Positions 57,221-64,000 of a stretch of DNA of 64,000 nucleotides are shown here, piece by piece. The DNA is taken from positions 69,485 to 133,484 of the forward strand of contig JALMLS010000568.1 in assembly GCA_038496445.1 (NCBI GenBank). Reading direction: 5' to 3'. Position numbers and translations under genes: made by a program. The stretch comes from Trichosphaerium sp. ATCC 40318. Taxonomy: Eukaryota; Protista; Tubulinea. Numbering within the stretch: position 1 is the stretch's first letter; every line of letters begins with the position of its first letter. The notes beneath the pieces are model-generated. The model did not search any database. It was not told the origin of the DNA and was given only the letters and a program-made list of their open reading frames with translations.

Positions 57221-57850
57221 CCATCTAACTAACATGGGTGTGTGTCATAATAAAAAATTGTACCAAAGCTGCGCAATTTAAGGGAGCTCTCCGTAGCCAC
57301 TACACTGAATCACAAATCACAGTTATAATGTAGTTGAGTTTTTTGTTCAAAAAACCGTATTTTTGTCAGAAAAAAGGCACAGCCTAGCAATACTGCCAGA
57401 AAAGTAAAAAAACAGTGAAAACCGCTCACAGACGGTACTTTGGCATTTAACACGCACCCTGAAGTTGCTGTACAGGGTTATTTCCGTCAATATTTGTATT
57501 AGTTAACTGTGCGGGCTTAACAAAGCACTTCATAATGTAATTCGACTCATCCCCACTCACTCCTTCCTAAAAATGTTGTCAAGCCAGAAAAACTAACCAA
57601 ACACAAATACCAATTCAAAGCAAGGTGGAGGCGTCAAACTTCGCCGTTCCTTACATTGGTCTCTACCAACGAAATGCAGTGGGATCGTATAGTCCGTAGA
57701 AGTGCAGGGAGGGAGAATTAGGCGTACATTTGGACCACAGTCCATTGGTACGGCTGAAGTGTTAACGGTTTGATGATAAGAGTTCCTTCAAATCCAAATT
57801 CCTGTACCTGGATACTGTCCAAGGGAGGTTTTCATCACCGTCGTTAGTCT
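55986..57850 (-). CDS. Pair 5 gene B: Ig-fold-like + IPT, ankyrin exon collapsed; 5' end may extend to ~58260-58400
   Basis: MDCG...PLHFVG...LTPPP, ATFDKLQLG and IPT. The ankyrin exon is reduced to LDGGAALRTDRLNTKG between conserved splice sites. Confidence 0.62.
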
Positions 57851-58592
57851 AGACTAAAAAATTAGAATTAGATAAAATTGTTGACTCACCAAATACCTGG
57901 CTTTTTTTTTAGTTCGTAAAACTCAACTATACGAACTTATACGCCCGAGAGCGATAGATACGAAGAGTTTATTGTGAAAGAACATGGTTTCTTTACAGAT
58001 ACAAAGTTGTGTTTGACATGACATGCAATCTTGTTGGACACTCAAAAACAAAAATTTGTCCCTGTCCCTACGTGAAGGAACGGCGATAGTAATAAGGCAT
58101 GTGATGTACACTGTGCCAGTGTCGCCGCAATCTAGGTTTGTTTTCATATTTTACAGTAGCAGAAAACTCGTGTGCTACAAGGGGGCAGTATAAAACGAGA
58201 AGGACACATAATTTTTGAGCTTCAATAAATAGCTCAAGTGTACACTCATTTAAATCGGTCACAACCTGCTCGCATAAACGGCTCGTATGCTATTGCAGGA
58301 ACAAGGGAAAAGTTGCGTAAAGAATGCTCTGGTCTAGTTTATTATCTGTTTAAACCTCAACCTAAAATACGCTATCACGGATTTCCTGCCCTCAGGCGCT
58401 CTTGTTCGCCATCGCACGTGCTATTGGTCAAAAACCTACAAAATCACACTGCGAAAGTTATATTGTTATCAACGCCTTTACTGGCACATTTTGGGTACAT
58501 TTACAAAAACTTTTCACCTGTAGAATTGAACGTATTCAAGAAAGCTGTTCGCCTCTAGCAAATTTCTTTTATTGTATAAATACAACTGGCCA

Positions 58593-60620
58593 ATGGCTGA
58601 AACCACTAATGGTGTGAAATGCCAAGCAAAACTTCATACAGCTAACTTGATTTTAGAGTTATTTCTGGCACTCCACGAAGACCCCAACAAAGTTATTGAA
58701 GCTATTAAGGACCCCAGTAGTGGAATTGAGACAATGCAATTGCCGCGTACGCAGAAAAATATTATTTTTCTTTCCCAACGTTTCACCAGAGTCTGGAGAC
58801 AATCTATTGCATATGGCAGTTAGTATTGAAAATTTGTCATTGGTTCTCGAGCTTGTAACGCAGATTGACTGCAACACAAGCAATAACAAGGGTGAGACTC
58901 CACTACACCTAGCCGCAATGAAAGGAAACGCCGCTATCGCTTCGCTCCTAATACGCAGAGGCACGCAATTCGTTGGAATAAGTATTTGGTCACGTGCTAA
59001 AATAGTTGTAGGAGCTAGTATTAGTGCTTGTACAGAAAGGAACGAAACAGCAGCTGATATAGCGGCGAGGTACTGGCCACAAAATGAACGGATCCAGAAC
59101 TCCGTTAGACCAGCTGTAATAATACCAAAGCCACCAGCAAAGATACCAGAAGAAAAGTCACTTCGATTTGCACCTATCCGACAACAAGTTTTTATTTCCT
59201 CATCCGAAATTTGCGACAAACCACTATCACCTCAAAAATACATTCAAACAAAATTCAAATGGATATTCGTGATAATGTTGGCACAAGGTCGAAACTTGAG
59301 TGTAAGTCTTTTCCGCTTTTCTTTCGCCCAACGTGAAACTCACTCTCATAAGCGCCCGAAACCTGAATATGAAGCGAAGCCATTCGAAAACCGCGAAGCA
59401 ATCAGAGTGATTCTTCCTGGTAATAACATAACAGAATTTGAATGTGAGGTTACACATAAAACCTGCGAAAAATTAACACGAACATTCCCTTGTGGCGAAC
59501 CAAACAAAGAATATGATAAAAAACAAAAAGGGAGACATCCAGTATTAGAGAAACTGCAATATTGGACACCAACAAAAGATGGCAACATACAGTACAGCCT
59601 GTTATTGGCCATTGCTCACGGTGGCTGGTACTCTGGCAGCATCAGATACAAAGCTGACCCTAAAGAAGAAATCTTTAAGATTTCCATCCGAGCTTTCAAT
59701 CATCGTAATCCCAAACACAAAGGGCTCAAAGACATAATTAAATTCTACACATCTGAACGAGAAGTAAAAGAACAAGAAAAGAAACTCAAAAGCCGCAGTT
59801 TTGAGAACAGGTCCAGTAAGCGAACAAAGACAAAGCAGTACGTTATCAGATTACTCTAGTTTCAGCTAACTGCTAATGTTAATTAAGGCTTACAAACAAT
59901 AAACAAAAGAGGCAACGAATAGAAAAGGCTGCGAGATTGCACAAAAGTAATTCAGCTGAGATCCTGAAGGAGAAAATGTCGAATCTGCTTGTTGGCAAAA
60001 AGCATACTTCAACGTTCTATATCAACTTGCTTGGTAAACCTGTACTCACAAAAGAACAACTCGATAATGGATGTACACCTACAACTATCTGGAGCACCGA
60101 ACCTGATCCGAGAAAAGTTACAATTACTACTCATGCCATCAATACTCTTTCTGAAAAAGAACTTAACGAGCTTCTCATGGAAGCCTCTCATCGCATTTAT
60201 GGCTCCAAAGAAATAATCATAGAAAAGCTACAAAATGCAAACGCTGATTTGGACATCACCAGCAGCTCCTATATCATCACAGTGCGAGGTTCTGACAGCA
60301 TCCCTTTATCCTATTCAAAAGAGAGCTGCTTTTTTATTCATGGTCTACTTTGGTCGGCTGTGGCTCACCGCCCTACAGTCCAAGAGGTTCGATTTTCAGG
60401 TATTCCGGGACCTATTACTGTAAGTCAATTTTCGTCTTTTGTGGCCAACCATTTCAATGCCAACGTTACTCATGGAAAGCGAGTACTATTACACACTTTC
60501 CCAACTAAAGACATTATCATTTCTCTTGGTAAAGCATGTTATGAGCTCTTGAAAGGGACGTTCTCTTTAAGGATCAATGGAGAAGTGATACGCATCAGAT
60601 ATGAAACTACTGATAGTTAA
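58593..60620 (+). CDS. Pair 5 gene A: ankyrins + domain X (second subtype) + domain Y
   Basis: GDNLLHMAV, GETPLHLAAMKG; FKWIFVIMLAQG...IQYSLLLAIAHGGWY. An intron at ~59838-59888 joins in frame to the Y ORF 59937..60620. Confidence 0.78.
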
Positions 60621-61363
60621 CCTAGTTTTTCATAATCCGGCAAAACTGTTTTATTCCTTACTCCAAGTTAAGTGTACTAATAAAATACATTGTTTTTTAA
60701 ACAACTATTAATAAGAATATCTGCAATTCTGACTTGGATTATTTTATCTTAGCGTCCTTGCTTTTAACTGCGCTACTAGCGCTAAGACAAATAAATACAT
60801 CTTGTGAAAGGTGGACTTACATTATTCTTAACGTTTAAAGCCTCCAGTACAATCACTTTCACGTACTTTAGTCACCAGTAGCTGAAACACTATCGTTGTC
60901 GTGCTAGAGCGAAAACAAACGAAGAATGCTTAGAACCAATGGTTGTTCATATATTTACCCACATTTACCTTACCGTCGCATTTATTGTTTTCATGTACTA
61001 CATTGCGCGAAAATTGCTTAAAAGGCAATTAAGTTTCATTTCACACCTGCGCCTGGAATAGCGACAGTCTAGAAACAAGTCATCGCTGAACAATTGTGCT
61101 ACAGCACTCGTTTCAGCCACTGAAGCGTAGTATTTATTTTGGGCTATTGGGCCATTTCTTAGCACACCATGAGCAAGTACGACCAAATTAATAGGCTAAA
61201 TGCTCTGTTTTTGTATTATTCGTGCAGGCACTTCATAGCGACCCAAACAAACGTAAATAGCCGATTTATTGCTAGTTTTGGTCGCTTGCTACCTCACAAC
61301 ACTTACTTGATGGCTTTTTTTTTGTTTTCACCATGAAAAGCTATAACGCTATACCACAAACCA

Positions 61364-64000
61364 ATGCTATTAAACACGACATTTGTTGATATTAATTCCA
61401 GGCTTGCGAAACTCACTGGAGGCGATGTTGGTCGCGACACGTTGGCAGTAAAGTCTATGAAAGCATCTAAACGGAATTCTACGCCATTGAAGCAAAAAAG
61501 CCCAAAAGTACTGAAAGCCGCACCGCCAAGTCCACGATCCGCTACTTCTAATAAATCATCCGCAAGAGAAAAAACAGGTAGTACTTGGCCCCTTTCCGTT
61601 TACAGACGCACAAACTAAACATTTAATTAAGGAGAACTAAAACTCGCGAAACTGAGCACACCAGACTTCGATGAGGGTCTAGGATCAAAATCAGCACACA
61701 AATATTTTTTCCGTTACAAAGCACCCTCAGATTACATTTACTATGCGCGAAATGAATCAGAGGTAAGTACTGCTTTATGGTCCTCTGTGTTGACACTTTT
61801 AAACACAGTTACAAGTTGCTGGTCACTTTATCAATATACAGTCGTTTAAACTGCTTAAACGAGGCTCCAACGTGCACACCTTTTATATAGCGCGTCCTCA
61901 GTCCAATCCTCACGGATTTTATTTCATGGCCAAGGATAGTGCCACATTGTGCGTTATATGTTTTATTATGCTCCTATTATACGCGTCACACTCGTTTAAC
62001 GTAGCGTTTGTGGATTTTATTTAATTTTATTTATTTATTTGTTACAACGCTTTTACGTTTACGTTTACGTACTCATTGCATGTAGTGATTATTGGTATGA
62101 AGTATTTGATAGTATTATCAATGCGCAAATAAGTAAAGTTCGCCACATGATGCTTGATAGCACGAATAATTTGGTTCTAACACGCACAACGTCATCGCAG
62201 ACGTCTTATAAGTATCACCACTATATTTACGTTAGGCGTACGTCACATTTGGCCGATATTCTTTGTTACTTTGTAGTTGATTCATAATGAAAATTTTTTG
62301 ATTACACTTGGGTGTACGAGGCTAATATTATATAGTGAGTGAGGCTAAACTCCAGTCAACATACGATAGTTATGCCCTACTACATTGTGATCACTCTGTA
62401 GAGAAATCTAGTGCGTTTTTATTTATTTTAGGAGATTTATTAATTTTTCTACTTCTAGCGATTGTTAAGGCTAGTAATAATCCTCTATGGGTTGAAGACT
62501 ATGAATTACAAGTTGTAGATCCTAATGAGTCTACTTTACGTCTTACAATATGGGAAGATAAGAAACTAACTGATACTCTCATTGGTTGTGCTGATATAAA
62601 TATCGCTCAATTTTCTGCCAATACAAATGAGAAGCAAGAGCTTTGGGTTGATCTAATGTCAGCTTCTGCTTCTGATGCCATTATAATGGGTGACCTAAAT
62701 GTTAGAATTTCTTTCAATGTGGCTACTTCATCACTATCAGTATCCAGTAAGGCTACAAGATTATAGTTGTTTGTTAGTTGACTTTTTTTTTTGTAGTAAG
62801 GAAAGCAAGGAACCTTGCTAAAGCTAAAGGTACTTGAGGTTGTGAATACTATTTTATACTTAAGCTGTTAGGATTTGATCGTGGTTATATGGCCAAGTTA
62901 TCTCTAAAGGGAGAGAAATCCCAGCGTACTAGATCTGTAAAGATGGAAGGTCGTATTAATGAAGTGAATTGGTTTGAAGACTTTACATTGTACGACTTTG
63001 TTTTTATTGTTTGACAAATAGCTTACAAATGTATCTGTAGTTCGGGTACTAATATAGCAAACTGTCACGAAGCGTTAGTGATATCAGTATCAAGAGAAAC
63101 AACAGCACTTCGGGGAAGGGTAAGAAATATTGCCTTTGTGGTTTTTTTCTTCTGGTTTAATGTTGTTTGTAGCGGTCGTTAGGAAAGGTTGAGATTCCTG
63201 CGTCTACTTTTCTATCAGCTAAAAACGAAGAAGCTTGGTACTTACTTCATTCAGATGAGACAAAGGTTGAAAAGAAAGAAGCAGTTAAAAAGGGTTCTGT
63301 AAGACTTACAGTCCGATATAAGGTAAGGAAGAATAAGTTACAACAAAAAATTCATTTTTTTGTTTAGGATTATAGAATCTTTAAGCCTAAGCTCTTTGAG
63401 TCGTTTACCAACCTTATTTTGGAACAAAGTACAGGTCTAGTATCAATTTTAGATAAATTATCAGCTGGTACTGATGCTGCTGCTCTTGGAAGAAAGAAGC
63501 AGTTGGCTAAAACATTAGTTAATATTTATGAGGCAAAAAATATGTAAGTCTTTTTTCACTGCGTATGAGTTCTTCTAAATCAAGATTTAGGGCGCCTCTT
63601 GTATTAAAGAATCTTGTGAGCTTGGAGATTGCAGAATCTCAAGCAGTTGAGACGTTATGGCGGTAAGTTGTTTGCTATTTAATTGAATACTTTTTTTTTA
63701 CTTTTTTTTTAGTGCTAATTCTGTTGGATCTCATGCTATTGATTCCTACATGAAGTATTCTGCCGTAGACTACTTGCATGAGATGGTCAGACCTCTCGTA
63801 GAGAAGATATATGATGAAAGACAAGTGCTTGGTGTATGCGTTGATATTTTTGAGTGAAGAGTATTAATGTCTTTTATTAGGTTTTTGATAATGCTAAACC
63901 AGCATCAGATGCGCTCATAGCGTACCTTGAACCATTTTTGGCTGATTTATGGGCTTCTGGAGATAAATTACCTGTGTACGTTAGAAATGGTTTAACTTAC
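61364..64000 (+). CDS. PH + C2 + C2 + RasGAP protein, runs off the right edge
   Basis: PH-like KYFFRY...YIYYA...FYFMAKD..DYWYE; C2 NNPLWVEDY...LTIWED and VNWFEDFTF; RasGAP LVSLEI...TLWRANS (arginine finger), YMK...YLHEMVRPLV. Start approximate. Confidence 0.85.

Noticed and set aside
58659-59612. Long antisense ORFs over ankyrin and X genes (also many elsewhere in the ORF track)
   Set aside because: Shadow frames of real genes on the opposite strand.
60998-61186. 62-aa minus-strand ORF
   Set aside because: No motif, non-ATG start and no support.

Overview
This is compact, AT-rich eukaryotic DNA with many short (~40-60 nt) spliceosomal introns and the standard genetic code. It looks protist-like (amoeboid-type gene content), but the taxon cannot be fixed from this window. 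All gene models were spliced by eye, so exon boundaries are approximate. The left 22.4 kb holds ordinary genes: a PPR protein, a PH-peroxiredoxin-like-RapGAP fusion, two NHL-repeat genes, ANKRD40, a DDX60-like helicase, a five-C2-domain/Rab fusion and RNase T2. The right end is a PH-C2-C2-RasGAP gene. Between them (~22.7-60.6 kb) lies a fast-evolving array of five head-to-head gene pairs. Gene A of each pair encodes ankyrin repeats, an unrecognised domain X, a basic NLS-like tail and sometimes a domain Y. Gene B encodes a putative Ig-fold (Rel/STAT-like) domain, an IPT/TIG domain, ankyrin repeats and an exchangeable C-terminus: CLU+TPR, pseudokinase+X, pseudokinase, a short tail, or ankyrins deleted. 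The layout recalls an NF-kB p105 / IkB-like paired module with swapped effector domains, although that functional reading is inference. The array also carries pseudogene debris, a recent inverted duplication, a TAA-flanked TIR transposon whose empty site is visible, and a transposon nest (hAT-like element, possible Helitron end, His-Cys box endonuclease ORF, truncated LINE).
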